The position numbers and the translations under genes were made by a program. From the NCBI GenBank assembly GCA_963696385.1, contig CAVOKF010000003.1, forward strand, positions 384,001 to 448,000: a stretch of 64,000 nucleotides of DNA, in the 5' to 3' direction. The notes beneath the pieces were generated by a model. That model was given only the letters and a program-made list of their open reading frames with translations. It was not told where the DNA came from and did not search any database. This document shows positions 1 to 9,208 of this stretch, in pieces; the first letter of the stretch is position 1, and every line of letters starts with the position of its first letter. Source of the DNA: an uncultured delta proteobacterium. Its GTDB lineage: Bacteria > Myxococcota_A > Polyangia > Polyangiales > Polyangiaceae.

Positions 1-1
1 G

Positions 2-811
2 CTGCATCACGCGTTGGAACACGTCGGGCCGCCTTCTGACGCATTCGTCAGCGGCTCACTCAACCTGATCGTGGGCCGATGCGCGCTGGCGCTGGGCGAC
101 GAGCCGGTCGCGCGAGCGGCGGTCGAGCGAGCGGCGCTGTCCGGCGATCGTCACGGCTGGGTATTTCCCGATCGCCGAGCGTCGCTCGCGCTCTGGCGTC
201 TCGCTCTCAAATGCGGAGACAGTCGAGTCGTTCGCTACGCAGAATGCACCATCGCACTCGCCCAGACGGATTCGACGGTCGACGCCCCCGCCCCGGCTCC
301 GCGGCGATCCTCGTCTGCGCCGATCGTCGCCGCGCCGTCGTCGGACGCACTGGACGGCCTGACGAGTGCGAACGAGGGTGAGCCCCTCATTTACGTGACG
401 ACGCCGCAAGGCGTGGCGCGCATTCCCATGCCCAATCTCGCGCGCGCCACCGCCGGCGCCACTCTGGTCGTCGATACACTGACGCATGCTCTGCGGGTCA
501 ACGACCGCGAAGTATCGCTCGAGCGTCGGCGTGCCCTCGAGCCGCTCGTCGTCCAACTGCTGCGGCGCGCGCGCGAGGGCCTGAGCGCGGACGAGATTTT
601 GCGCGCTGCAGGGGGCCCCGGACCCGAGAGCGCCGACGCCGAGCACCGGGTGCGCGTCCTCATTTCTCGCGTTCGTGACCTGCTCGGTGATCCTGCGGCC
701 ATCGAGCGGGTCCGAGACGCCGGAGAGCACGGCCGAACCCGGTACCGGCTCGCCGCCACTCTTCGCTTTGCACTCGTCGAGCCGCTGTTCAGCTCCGCCG
801 CACCCCACTGA
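2..811 (+). CDS. 5'-truncated transcriptional regulator: helical/TPR-like region plus C-terminal OmpR-like winged-helix DNA-binding domain
   Basis: Frame open from the window edge. C-terminus has a beta-hairpin (LVVDTLTHALRVNDREVSL), then EGLSADEILRA...RVRVLISRVRDLLG...TRYRL, typical of Trans_reg_C wHTH domains. Confidence 0.6.
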   Translation: MHHALEHVGPPSDAFVSGSLNLIVGRCALALGDEPVARAAVERAALSGDRHGWVFPDRRASLALWRLALKCGDSRVVRYAECTIALAQTDSTVDAPAPAPRRSSSAPIVAAPSSDALDGLTSANEGEPLIYVTTPQGVARIPMPNLARATAGATLVVDTLTHALRVNDREVSLERRRALEPLVVQLLRRAREGLSADEILRAAGGPGPESADAEHRVRVLISRVRDLLGDPAAIERVRDAGEHGRTRYRLAATLRFALVEPLFSSAAPH

Positions 812-915
812 GATCGAGTCGATTGCGAGCGGCCTCGTTTCGAAACGCCGCCTCCGCCCGCGACCGATTGCGAGTGGCCGGTCGTTCTAGCTCTTCCGCC
901 TCGAAGTGCACGCGG

Positions 916-1725
916 TCATTCATCCATGGCGTCGGTCCGTTCCAGCCGACCGAGGAGCCCCAGGGCCAGCAGAGCGATCGCCGCGCCGACCACCACCCAC
1001 CTGAGGGGGTACGTTATCTCTGCGGCGGGGTTGCGCCCCATCCAGATCGGAACGCCCTCGACGGCCCAAAACCCAAGATGCGCCGCCACTGCAGGCACGA
1101 CGCTGCCGGTCCGCTCTCGCACCCAGCCGAGAGCGAGGCCAAGAAGCAACGCGCTCGGCATGGCTCGCCAGTCGAGCGAAGAGCCGGCGAACAGCACCGC
1201 GGTCACCACGATCGTCAGCGTTGCGGGAGCGGAGCGCCGCAGCCGCCCGTACAAAAGGCCGCGGAAGAACAGCTCACGCGCCAGAGGAATGACCACAAAG
1301 ATCCCGACGACGAGCGCGGCCCGCGAAGACCGAGAGAGCAATCTCTCCATGTTCTCCAGAGCAGCGGGGTCGTCGTACGGCCACTTGCGCAGGATCCGAT
1401 CGTCGAGCGCAGAGAGAATCAGGCTCGATCCGGCACCCGCGACGGCCCCGATGACCGGGGCGAGCAGCGCGCAGGAGCGCAAGCCGAACGAGGTCCGCAC
1501 GGGAAGGTCGTGAGGCTGGAGGCCGATGATGGCCACCGCGACGATCGACGTCGCCAATACATCGCACGCCGTCAGATTAACGACATCGGTCAACCCCCCC
1601 GGCCGCAACGCTTCCGTCGTCGCCACACACACTTGCTCGAGGAGCGACAGCGCCATGGTCCACATGGCCGCTGCCAGCGGCGACATCGGTCGATCGCTCG
1701 ACCCCTTGACGCCGGAACGCTTCAT
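916..1725 (-). CDS. CPBP (CAAX/Abi) family intramembrane protein with degenerate catalytic motifs
   Basis: Multiple hydrophobic segments; RELFFRG, ERTGSVVPAVAAHLGFW. ATGA overlap with the nadB stop. Confidence 0.75.
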   Translation of the reverse strand: MKRSGVKGSSDRPMSPLAAAMWTMALSLLEQVCVATTEALRPGGLTDVVNLTACDVLATSIVAVAIIGLQPHDLPVRTSFGLRSCALLAPVIGAVAGAGSSLILSALDDRILRKWPYDDPAALENMERLLSRSSRAALVVGIFVVIPLARELFFRGLLYGRLRRSAPATLTIVVTAVLFAGSSLDWRAMPSALLLGLALGWVRERTGSVVPAVAAHLGFWAVEGVPIWMGRNPAAEITYPLRWVVVGAAIALLALGLLGRLERTDAMDE

Positions 1726-3335
1726 CGGCCGCGGAGGTGCGCCGGAACGCCGCGCTTGATCACCGTGTCACGCGCAAACTTCGGATCAAGCAAGGGAAAA
1801 TCAATCGTGAAGTGAAGGCCTCGGCTCTCTCGACGGCTCGCTGCGCACTCTACGATCAGTTGCGCAACGGTCGCGATGTTCCGAAGCTCGAGCAAGTCGC
1901 GCGTTACGAAATACTTCCAATAGTATTCGTTGATCTCTTCTTGCAGAAGCGCGATGCGGCGCGCCGCGCGCCGCAGGCGCGAACTCGATCGCACGATCCC
2001 CACGTAGTTCCACATCAAGCGCCTGAGCTCGTCCCAATTCTGCGTGATGACGACGGCCTCGTCGCTCGACACCGCGCCGCCGACTTCCCACTCGGGTACG
2101 TCGGGCCAGGGCCGCCCGCGGTCGAGCGAATCTTTCAGCGCCAGGGCCGCGCGATGCGCGAAAACGAGCCCCTCAAGCAGAGAATTGGAAGCCAGACGAT
2201 TCGCCCCATGGAGGCCCGTACACGCGCACTCGCCGATGGCCCACAAGCCGGGAATGGTCGTGCGGCCGTCGAGGTTGGTCGTCACACCTCCGCACATGAA
2301 ATGGGCCGCAGGCACGACGGGAATCGGCTGCGTCGTAATGTCAATGCCCCAGCGCAGGCACTCTTCGTAGATGTTCGGAAAACGCTCTTTGACAAGGCCC
2401 GGCGGCTTTTGGGTGATGTCGAGTAGGACGTGGTCGGCGCCACTCCTTTTCATTTCGTAGTCGATCGCGCGAGCCGTGATGTCGCGAGGCGCCAGATCGC
2501 CGCGAGTGTCGTAGTCTGTCATGAACGGCGTCCCGTCGAGCCGTCGGAGAACGGCACCCTCGCCGCGCATCGCCTCCGTGATGAGAAACCGCCGGGCTTG
2601 AGGGTGATAGAGACACGTCGGGTGGAATTGATAAAATTCCATGTTTGCGATTTCAGCGCCCGCGCGGTACGCCATCGCCACGCCATCGCCCGTGGCGACG
2701 TCCGGATTCGTCGTGTACACGTACACCTTGCCCGCCCCGCCCGTAGCGAGCACGACAGCGCGGGCCAGAATGGTGATCACGGTGCCGCTCGCCTCGTCGA
2801 GGACGTAAGCGCCCGCGCAGACCTCCGGACCGCCATACTTGGCGAGCGTGATGAGGTCGACGACCATGTGCGATTCGAGCATCCGGACACGCGGCGAGCG
2901 GCCTACGGCTTCGAGCAGCGCGCGCTCCACCTCACGGCCCGTCATGTCCGCGGCGTGGGCAACCCTGCGCGCGCTGTGGCCCCCCTCGAGGTGCAGGTCG
3001 AGATCGGCATCGTCCTTCGCCCGTTCGACTTTGTCGAAATGCGCGCCGATGTCGCGCAGCATTTGGATTCGCGCTGGCCCGTCCTTCACCGACACTTCGA
3101 CAGCGCGATCGTGGCAGAGGCCCGCTCCCGCGCGGACCGTATCCACGATGTGCGCTTCGAACGAATCGTCCGCGCTGAGGACGGCGGCGATTCCGCCCTG
3201 CGCGTACTTGGTGTTCGATTCGTCCGCGCTTCGCTTCGTGAGCACGAGGACGTCGCCATTCGACGAGGCCTCGAGAGCGAGAGACAAACCAGCCACGCCG
3301 CTGCCGACGACGAGATAGTCAACGCAGAGAGGCAT
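1722..3335 (-). CDS. nadB: L-aspartate oxidase
   Basis: VVGSGVAG FAD motif, YAQGGIAA, EGGHSARR, EFYQFHPT, LHGANRLASNSLLE, RESRGLH. ATG at 3335 chosen because the longer ORF overlaps etfB. Confidence 0.95.
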   Translation of the reverse strand: MPLCVDYLVVGSGVAGLSLALEASSNGDVLVLTKRSADESNTKYAQGGIAAVLSADDSFEAHIVDTVRAGAGLCHDRAVEVSVKDGPARIQMLRDIGAHFDKVERAKDDADLDLHLEGGHSARRVAHAADMTGREVERALLEAVGRSPRVRMLESHMVVDLITLAKYGGPEVCAGAYVLDEASGTVITILARAVVLATGGAGKVYVYTTNPDVATGDGVAMAYRAGAEIANMEFYQFHPTCLYHPQARRFLITEAMRGEGAVLRRLDGTPFMTDYDTRGDLAPRDITARAIDYEMKRSGADHVLLDITQKPPGLVKERFPNIYEECLRWGIDITTQPIPVVPAAHFMCGGVTTNLDGRTTIPGLWAIGECACTGLHGANRLASNSLLEGLVFAHRAALALKDSLDRGRPWPDVPEWEVGGAVSSDEAVVITQNWDELRRLMWNYVGIVRSSSRLRRAARRIALLQEEINEYYWKYFVTRDLLELRNIATVAQLIVECAASRRESRGLHFTIDFPLLDPKFARDTVIKRGVPAHLRGR

Positions 3336-3365
3336 CGAACCGACATTAGCGCTCTTCGCGCTCGG

Positions 3366-3394
3366 TTGACACGAGGACGCTCCGCTTCTATCGA
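3366..3394 (+). promoter_or_regulatory. Candidate sigma70-type promoter for etfBA
   Basis: Perfect TTGACA at 3366-3371, 17-nt spacer, weak -10 TATCGA at 3389-3394, in the nadB/etfB divergent gap. Confidence 0.35.
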
Positions 3395-3441
3395 GCTTCC
3401 CCCGAACGACCCTGAATCGCCGTTCACTCGGAGGAAGCGCC

Positions 3442-4269
3442 GTGAAGATTCTCGTCGCCGTCAAGCGGGTGGCCGACCCCGACCATCTCAACCGGATCAA
3501 GCTGTCGGCACGTGGAGAAATCGACACGGCGAGCCTCGAACACAAGGCGAGCCCTTACGACGAGTATGCGCTCGAGGCGGCACTCCGTTTGACGGAGAAC
3601 GGAGCGAATCCCAAACAGCGACAAGGCGAAGTCGTCGTCGTGACGTTCGGTCCGAAGAGCTCGGAGCCTATGCTTCGGGCGATGCTCGGCACAGGCGCCG
3701 ACCGGGCGATTCGGGTGGACGCCACCGACGAGGAGCTCGACGGAGATCTCGTCGCGCGCGGCCTGAAGGCTGTGGCACAGGCCGAGAAGCCGGATCTCGT
3801 GCTTTTGGGATACCAACAAGCCGAGCACGAATCGGGCGAAGTCGGGGCGATGCTCGCGCAACACCTCGGTTGGCCTCAGGCGACCTCCGCCGGCAGCATT
3901 CAGAGCGAGGACGACAAGGCGCTCGTGGTAGGAAGGGAGGTCGACGGGGTCACGGCGTTCGTGCGGGTGACTTTGCCCGGTGTGGTGACCGCCATCGACA
4001 AGATCGTGCATCCCAAGAGCGTTCAGTCGAAATTCACTCTTGCTACGCACGTCTACCCGGATGGCGTTCGATTCGCCGCTCTCATGGCGATCATGGCCGC
4101 GAAGAAAAAACCACTCGTCGAGATGAAGCTCCGCGACCTCGTCTCTGACTGCGCAGTCAAGGTGAGGTACACGGCGGTCGAGTTGCCCCCCGCCCGTGGC
4201 GCCGGGGTGAAAGTCAAAGATGTCCGCGAGCTCGTTACGAAACTCAAGACCGAAGCGAAGGTGGTGTGA
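3442..4269 (+). CDS. etfB: Electron transfer flavoprotein beta subunit
   Basis: MKILVAVKRV, PYDEYALEAALRL, GADRAIRV, LGWPQAT, REVDG, IMAAKKKP, LKTEAKVV. Confidence 0.93.
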   Translation: MKILVAVKRVADPDHLNRIKLSARGEIDTASLEHKASPYDEYALEAALRLTENGANPKQRQGEVVVVTFGPKSSEPMLRAMLGTGADRAIRVDATDEELDGDLVARGLKAVAQAEKPDLVLLGYQQAEHESGEVGAMLAQHLGWPQATSAGSIQSEDDKALVVGREVDGVTAFVRVTLPGVVTAIDKIVHPKSVQSKFTLATHVYPDGVRFAALMAIMAAKKKPLVEMKLRDLVSDCAVKVRYTAVELPPARGAGVKVKDVRELVTKLKTEAKVV

Positions 4270-5231
4270 TGACCGGCACTCTCGTCGTCGCAGAGCTCCA
4301 CAACGGAGACGTCCGCAACGCGACGTACAGCGCCATTGCGTTCGCAAGACAGTTGGGCCTACCGTTTGCGATCCTGGCGATGGGTGCGGACGTCGGCAAG
4401 GCCGCGCGCGGCCTCATCGGATTCGGAGCGCGGAAGGTCATCGTGGTCGACGACTCGAGCCTCCGAGATTACCTTTGCGAACGGTACGCTCCCACCGTCG
4501 CGACGATCGCGAAAGAAGGTGGCTGGGACACCATCGCGGTAACGGCGACCGCCTTCGGCAAGGACCTGGCCCCGCGCATCGCAGCGCGGATCGGCGCAGG
4601 GTACGCGCCCGACATCAACAAGGTCCGTGTGGACGGGGTGAACCGTCTCTACCGCCGACCGATGTACGCCGGCAACGCGTACGGCTGGCTCGAGATCGCA
4701 ACCGGCGTGCACGTCGTCAGCTTGCGCCAAACCGAGTTCGCCGCGGCCCAACCGTCGGGAGGCGCCAGCCCGATCGAGCAAATTCCCCGCGTTCCGGACG
4801 AGGCACCCGCGTCGCACATCGAGTTCGTGCGACTCGAGGCGGCGACGAGCGAACGGCCCGACCTCGGCGAAGCCCGAGTCGTCGTGTCCGGCGGGCGGGC
4901 ACTCAAGGAGCACTTCGCACAAGTCCTCGGACCTCTCGCCGACGCGCTGGGCGCGGCCATCGGGGCGAGTCGCGCTGCGTGCGATGCGGGCTATGCTCCG
5001 CCCGAGCTCCAGGTCGGGCAGACCGGGCGCACCGTCGCGCCGCAGCTCTACGTTGCGATCGGAATCTCCGGAGCGATCCAGCACATCGCTGGCATGAAGG
5101 GGTCGAAAGTGATCGTCGCCATCAACAAGGATCCCGACGCTCCCATCTTTCAGATCGCCGATTACGGTCTCGTTCAAGATCTGTTCATCGCCGTCCCGGA
5201 CCTCGTGGCTGAGTTGAAGGCCCAGAGCTGA
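4269..5231 (+). CDS. etfA: Electron transfer flavoprotein alpha subunit
   Basis: [53 protein letters not shown]. Coupled to etfB (alternative GTG at 4266). Confidence 0.95.
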   Translation: MTGTLVVAELHNGDVRNATYSAIAFARQLGLPFAILAMGADVGKAARGLIGFGARKVIVVDDSSLRDYLCERYAPTVATIAKEGGWDTIAVTATAFGKDLAPRIAARIGAGYAPDINKVRVDGVNRLYRRPMYAGNAYGWLEIATGVHVVSLRQTEFAAAQPSGGASPIEQIPRVPDEAPASHIEFVRLEAATSERPDLGEARVVVSGGRALKEHFAQVLGPLADALGAAIGASRAACDAGYAPPELQVGQTGRTVAPQLYVAIGISGAIQHIAGMKGSKVIVAINKDPDAPIFQIADYGLVQDLFIAVPDLVAELKAQS

Positions 5232-5287
5232 CCGAGGCCCTTCGACCCACGCTCGCCTTCCGTGCGCGCCCGTTGTAATCGGGTTGG

Positions 5288-7147
5288 GTGAGCTATCTCG
5301 TCCTCGCCCGGAAGTACCGTCCCCAAACTTTCCACGATCTGGTCGGCCAGGAACACGTCAATCAAACGTTGGCCAACGCCATCGCCACGGGACGGGTGGC
5401 CCATGCGTTCCTTTTTACGGGGGTTCGCGGGGTGGGCAAGACGACGAGTGCCCGCCTTCTCGCCAAGTGCCTGAATTGCATCGGACTCGACGGGGCGGTC
5501 CGCGCGCCGACGGCGACGCCCTGCAACGTGTGCGCACCGTGCACGGAGATCACCGCCGGTCGCGACCTCGACGTTCAGGAAATCGACGGCGCGAGCTACA
5601 ACGGAGTCGACGAGGTTCGCCGGCTGCAGGAAGGAATGAGCTTTCGCCCGGCACGCGATCGATTCAAGATCTACATCGTCGACGAGGTGCACATGCTGTC
5701 GACAGCAGCGTGGAACGCATTTCTCAAGACGCTCGAGGAACCACCGCCGCACGTCAAATTCATCTTCGCAACGACCGAGGTGCACAAGATCCCGGGCACG
5801 ATCGTCTCCCGGTGTCAGCGCTACGACTTCAAGCTGATTCCGACCCAGGCGATCGCTTCACGCCTTCAGCAAGTGCTGGGGCTCGAGGCGATCGAGTCCG
5901 AGGCCGCCGCGATTCAGGTGCTCGCCCGCGAAGCCGCGGGATCGATGCGCGATGCGATGAGCCTTCTCGACCAAGTGATCGCCTTCAGCGGCACTCGCTT
6001 GACGAGCGACGACGTCACGCGTGTGCTTGGTGTCGCCGACCGCAAGATCCTTCACGAGCTGGCGACCGCTTTGACCACCGGTGACGCCGCGACGTGCATC
6101 GACGTGGTGCGACGAGTCGCCGAGCAGGGGTTCGATCTGGGGCACGTCGCAAAGGATGTTCTGCGCCATCTCCGCAATCTCGTCGTAGCCAAGGTCTGTG
6201 TCGCGCAGCCTTCGGGGCGCGCTTCGTTGCGCGAGCTGCTGGATCTCGCCGACGAGGAAGCTCGCGATGTCGTCGATCTTGCCGCGAAGGCAGAGACCGA
6301 CGACCTTTCGCGCCTTTTTCAAGGCTTCTCAAGGGCCTATGACGAGATCGCACGCAGCGGTCAGCCCCGAATGGCGCTCGAGATGGCCCTTGTTCGTTTG
6401 GCGAAGCGTCCCGCCCTCCTGCCCCTGGACGAACTGCTGGGACGCGTCGGCGATCTCGAACGCAGGCTGGGCGATTCACCCCCCCCCGGCGGTCCCGTTC
6501 CGCGGGGTGGCGGAGCCGGAGGCAGCCATCCCGGCGCTTCACGGGGCGCGCTCGCGCCCGCGTCCACCATCCCGTCGGCGTTGAGCCCCGACGCCAGACC
6601 GACGAGAACCCATGGATCGCTCGCGTTGGCCGAACCTCGCGGGGAGCCGGCGACGCGCTTGCCATCGCCCTCCCCCAGCCCGATGCCGGCCCCTCGGCCC
6701 GCCATCGACCCCCCCCCGCCGCTCGCGCACGTCCCCTCGGGCGACGCCGACGATTGGCGCCGAATCCTCCAGCGCGTGCGTGCCGTGCGACCTTCCGTCG
6801 CTTCCACGTTCGAACATGCCCTACCCGTCGAGGTCGGCCCCTCTCTCATCGTCGTCGGCTTCGACGCAAACGCATCGTTTCTGGCGGCTCGTGCGAGCGA
6901 AACCGAATTCATCGAGGCGATCCGCGCTGCTGCGCGCGACCACTTCGGTGCCCCTACCAACGTCGTGATCGAAGCCTCGCTCAAACCGCAGAATGCTCTG
7001 CGTTCGGTCGCCGCCGTCGACGCAGAATGCCGACGCGCGGCACTCGCCACGGCTCGCGCGGCCGTCGAGTCGCACCCCGTCGTCCGAGAGGCCATTCGCT
7101 TGTTCGACGCGCAACTCCGCGACGTGAAGCTACCTACGGTAGAATGA
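5288..7147 (+). CDS. dnaX: DNA polymerase III subunit gamma/tau
   Basis: YLVLARKYRPQTF, Walker A GVRGVGKT, Zn-binding Cys, DEVHML, LKTLEEPP, SRC; Pro-rich linker and C-terminal domain. Confidence 0.96.
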   Translation: MSYLVLARKYRPQTFHDLVGQEHVNQTLANAIATGRVAHAFLFTGVRGVGKTTSARLLAKCLNCIGLDGAVRAPTATPCNVCAPCTEITAGRDLDVQEIDGASYNGVDEVRRLQEGMSFRPARDRFKIYIVDEVHMLSTAAWNAFLKTLEEPPPHVKFIFATTEVHKIPGTIVSRCQRYDFKLIPTQAIASRLQQVLGLEAIESEAAAIQVLAREAAGSMRDAMSLLDQVIAFSGTRLTSDDVTRVLGVADRKILHELATALTTGDAATCIDVVRRVAEQGFDLGHVAKDVLRHLRNLVVAKVCVAQPSGRASLRELLDLADEEARDVVDLAAKAETDDLSRLFQGFSRAYDEIARSGQPRMALEMALVRLAKRPALLPLDELLGRVGDLERRLGDSPPPGGPVPRGGGAGGSHPGASRGALAPASTIPSALSPDARPTRTHGSLALAEPRGEPATRLPSPSPSPMPAPRPAIDPPPPLAHVPSGDADDWRRILQRVRAVRPSVASTFEHALPVEVGPSLIVVGFDANASFLAARASETEFIEAIRAAARDHFGAPTNVVIEASLKPQNALRSVAAVDAECRRAALATARAAVESHPVVREAIRLFDAQLRDVKLPTVE

Positions 7148-7164
7148 TACGGTAAGGAAGGGCC

Positions 7165-7485
7165 ATGCAATTTCGCGGCGGAATGAACGAGCTCATGCGC
7201 CAAGCCGCGCGCATGCAGCGCAAGATCGAGCAGGCAAAGAGCGAGATCAAGGAGCGAGAGATCACGATCGAGGGCGTCGGCGGCAAGGTGAAGATCGTGA
7301 TGACGCTCGGGCGCGCCCTCAAGCGAATCCAGATCGACAAGGAACTTTTGCAAACGGAAGAGGTCGAACTCGTTCTCGACGGTGTCTGCGCAGCGATCAA
7401 TCGCGCCATCGAGGAGGTCGACAAGCAGATGGAGGCCGAAGTCGACAAGGTGACCGGCGGCGTCAAGATTCCGGGGGTCGTCTGA
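7165..7485 (+). CDS. ybaB: YbaB/EbfC nucleoid-associated protein
   Basis: MNELMRQAARMQ...GGKVKI...VTGGVKIPG; conserved dnaX-ybaB-recR order. Confidence 0.92.
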   Translation: MQFRGGMNELMRQAARMQRKIEQAKSEIKEREITIEGVGGKVKIVMTLGRALKRIQIDKELLQTEEVELVLDGVCAAINRAIEEVDKQMEAEVDKVTGGVKIPGVV

Positions 7486-8084
7486 TCGACAAAGTCCGTC
7501 GCCTCGTCAAGCTGTTATCCCGACTTCCCGGCGTGGGAGAGAAGACGGCGCAGAGGTATGTGCTTTGGCTTCTTACGGCCGACTCGGCCGTCGCCCAATC
7601 CCTGGGCGAGGAGCTGATATCGTTGCGCGACGAACTCGGCCCCTGCCGGATTTGCGGCAATGTAGCCGAGATTCGCGAGGGCGAAGCGATCTGCAATGTG
7701 TGCGCGGATTCGAATCGGGACCCTCGCGTGCTGTGCGTCGTCGCACGTGTCCACGACCTGATGGCCATCGAGCGCGCTGGATCGATGCGGGGACGCTATT
7801 TCGTCCTCGGCAAGTTGCTCTCTCCTCTCGAAGGAGTGGGCCCGGACGACCTGCCTCTTCAGAGACTCATCCAGCGAATTCACGATGGGCAGGTCGCCGA
7901 GGTCATCGTAGCGACGCCCCCGAGCGTCGATGGGGAAGCGACGGCACTGCTGATCAAGCGCGAGATCGCGCCGTTCTCCGTGATGGTCACTCGTATCGCC
8001 AGCGGCGTCCCGCACGGCGGTGATCTCGAGTTCGCCGACCCCATCACGATGGGCCGCGCACTGGCCGGACGGCGCGCGCTCTAG
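7482..8084 (+). CDS. recR: Recombination mediator RecR (start uncertain; CTG at 7482 proposed)
   Basis: LSRLPGVGEKTAQR HhH motif, C4 zinc finger (CRIC...CNVC), TOPRIM (EVIVAT, DGEATA), RIASGVPHGGDLEFAD. Confidence 0.92.
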   Translation: MIDKVRRLVKLLSRLPGVGEKTAQRYVLWLLTADSAVAQSLGEELISLRDELGPCRICGNVAEIREGEAICNVCADSNRDPRVLCVVARVHDLMAIERAGSMRGRYFVLGKLLSPLEGVGPDDLPLQRLIQRIHDGQVAEVIVATPPSVDGEATALLIKREIAPFSVMVTRIASGVPHGGDLEFADPITMGRALAGRRAL

Positions 8085-8223
8085 ATCCAGACTCGACATT
8101 CCACGATGTTCCGGTCAGATAGGATTCACGCGACAGGTGGACTGAAGCAGCGTTGCCAGGCGCGGCAAGGATCCGTTGCTGCCAAGCCGCCTGCGCGGAG
8201 ACGAAAGCGATGGAGAACCCGCC

Positions 8224-8613
8224 ATGACTGACGCCATCACGACCGAGAACGCCCCGGCCGCCATCGGGCCCTACTCGCAAGCCATCCGGGCGGGCGATCT
8301 GGTGTTCCTCAGCGGCCAAATACCCATCGATCCCTCGAGCGGAACGATCGTAAGCAGTGACATCATCGCCCAGACGGATCGCGTCATGAAGAATCTGGCG
8401 GCCGTGCTGGCGGCGTCAGGATGCCGCTTGGCCGACGTCGTCCGCACGACGATCTACGTCGTCGACCTCGCGCACTTCGCGGCCGTGAACGAGACGTATG
8501 GGCGCTGGTTCGCGTCGCCCTATCCGGCGCGTGCGACCGTGCAGGTCGCGGCGCTGCCGCGTGGCGCCCTTGTCGAAATCGATGCCGTCGCCGTCATGCC
8601 AGTGCGGCGTTGA
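8224..8613 (+). CDS. ridA: RidA/YjgF family enamine deaminase
   Basis: APAAIGPYSQA, SGQIP, PARATVQV, LPRGALVEIDA; GGAGA upstream of the ATG. Confidence 0.92.
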   Translation: MTDAITTENAPAAIGPYSQAIRAGDLVFLSGQIPIDPSSGTIVSSDIIAQTDRVMKNLAAVLAASGCRLADVVRTTIYVVDLAHFAAVNETYGRWFASPYPARATVQVAALPRGALVEIDAVAVMPVRR

Positions 8614-9208
8614 GGCGGACTAGCGCACGCTCGAGCTCTCCGCGAGCGTCGCGGGCGCGCGGATCGATCGGCGGCCCGAGGGCTACGTCCACGCGAGTGA
8701 ACGGCCAGGCGACCGCGAAGCGGTCCCAGGACCCACGCAAGACAACGCCTGCGCGTACCGATCCGGCCATCGGAATCACGACCGCGCCCGTCGCCCGCGC
8801 CGCAACGATGGCTCCGGGCTTGACCACGCCCATCGGGCCCCTTGGTCCATCGACCGCAAAGGCTGCATCGATTCGCTCGCGGCGCATCGCCCTCACGAGT
8901 GCGGCGAGCCCCCGCACGGCTCCGCGCGAGCTCGAACCGCGCACGACGCGTAAGCCCTGCACACGCAGAGCGCTCGATTGAAGGGCTCCGTCGAGCGACC
9001 AACTGACGAGGACGACCGTGGGCTTTCTGCGCTTCCACGCAAGCAGGGGCCATTGGGTACCGTGCCAGAAGGCGAGCACCCACGGCCGATCGCCAACGCC
9101 TGCGAGCCCGGGATCCGCCGTCACGCGGACGCGTTGCGTCGATAGCCATAGGTACGCGACCACGCCGACGACCCAGCCAGCGAGACTGCGCACCCATCCG
9201 CCAATCAC
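8594..9208 (-). CDS. DUF374 / lysophospholipid acyltransferase-like protein
   Basis: AFWHG, LVSWSLDG, VRGSSSRG, VDGPRGP, SWDRF..PF. GTGA overlap with the TPR gene stop. Confidence 0.85.
   Translation of the reverse strand: MIGGWVRSLAGWVVGVVAYLWLSTQRVRVTADPGLAGVGDRPWVLAFWHGTQWPLLAWKRRKPTVVLVSWSLDGALQSSALRVQGLRVVRGSSSRGAVRGLAALVRAMRRERIDAAFAVDGPRGPMGVVKPGAIVAARATGAVVIPMAGSVRAGVVLRGSWDRFAVAWPFTRVDVALGPPIDPRARDARGELERALVRLNAALA

Noticed and set aside
5288..7147. Programmed frameshift producing DnaX gamma
   Set aside because: No A AAA AAG or poly-A slippery site seen.
8100..8160. SRP RNA-like words (CCGGTCAG, CAGG, GAAGCAGC) near the dnaX operon
   Set aside because: The conserved GGAA tetraloop helix and long enclosing stem are missing; an Rfam search would settle it.
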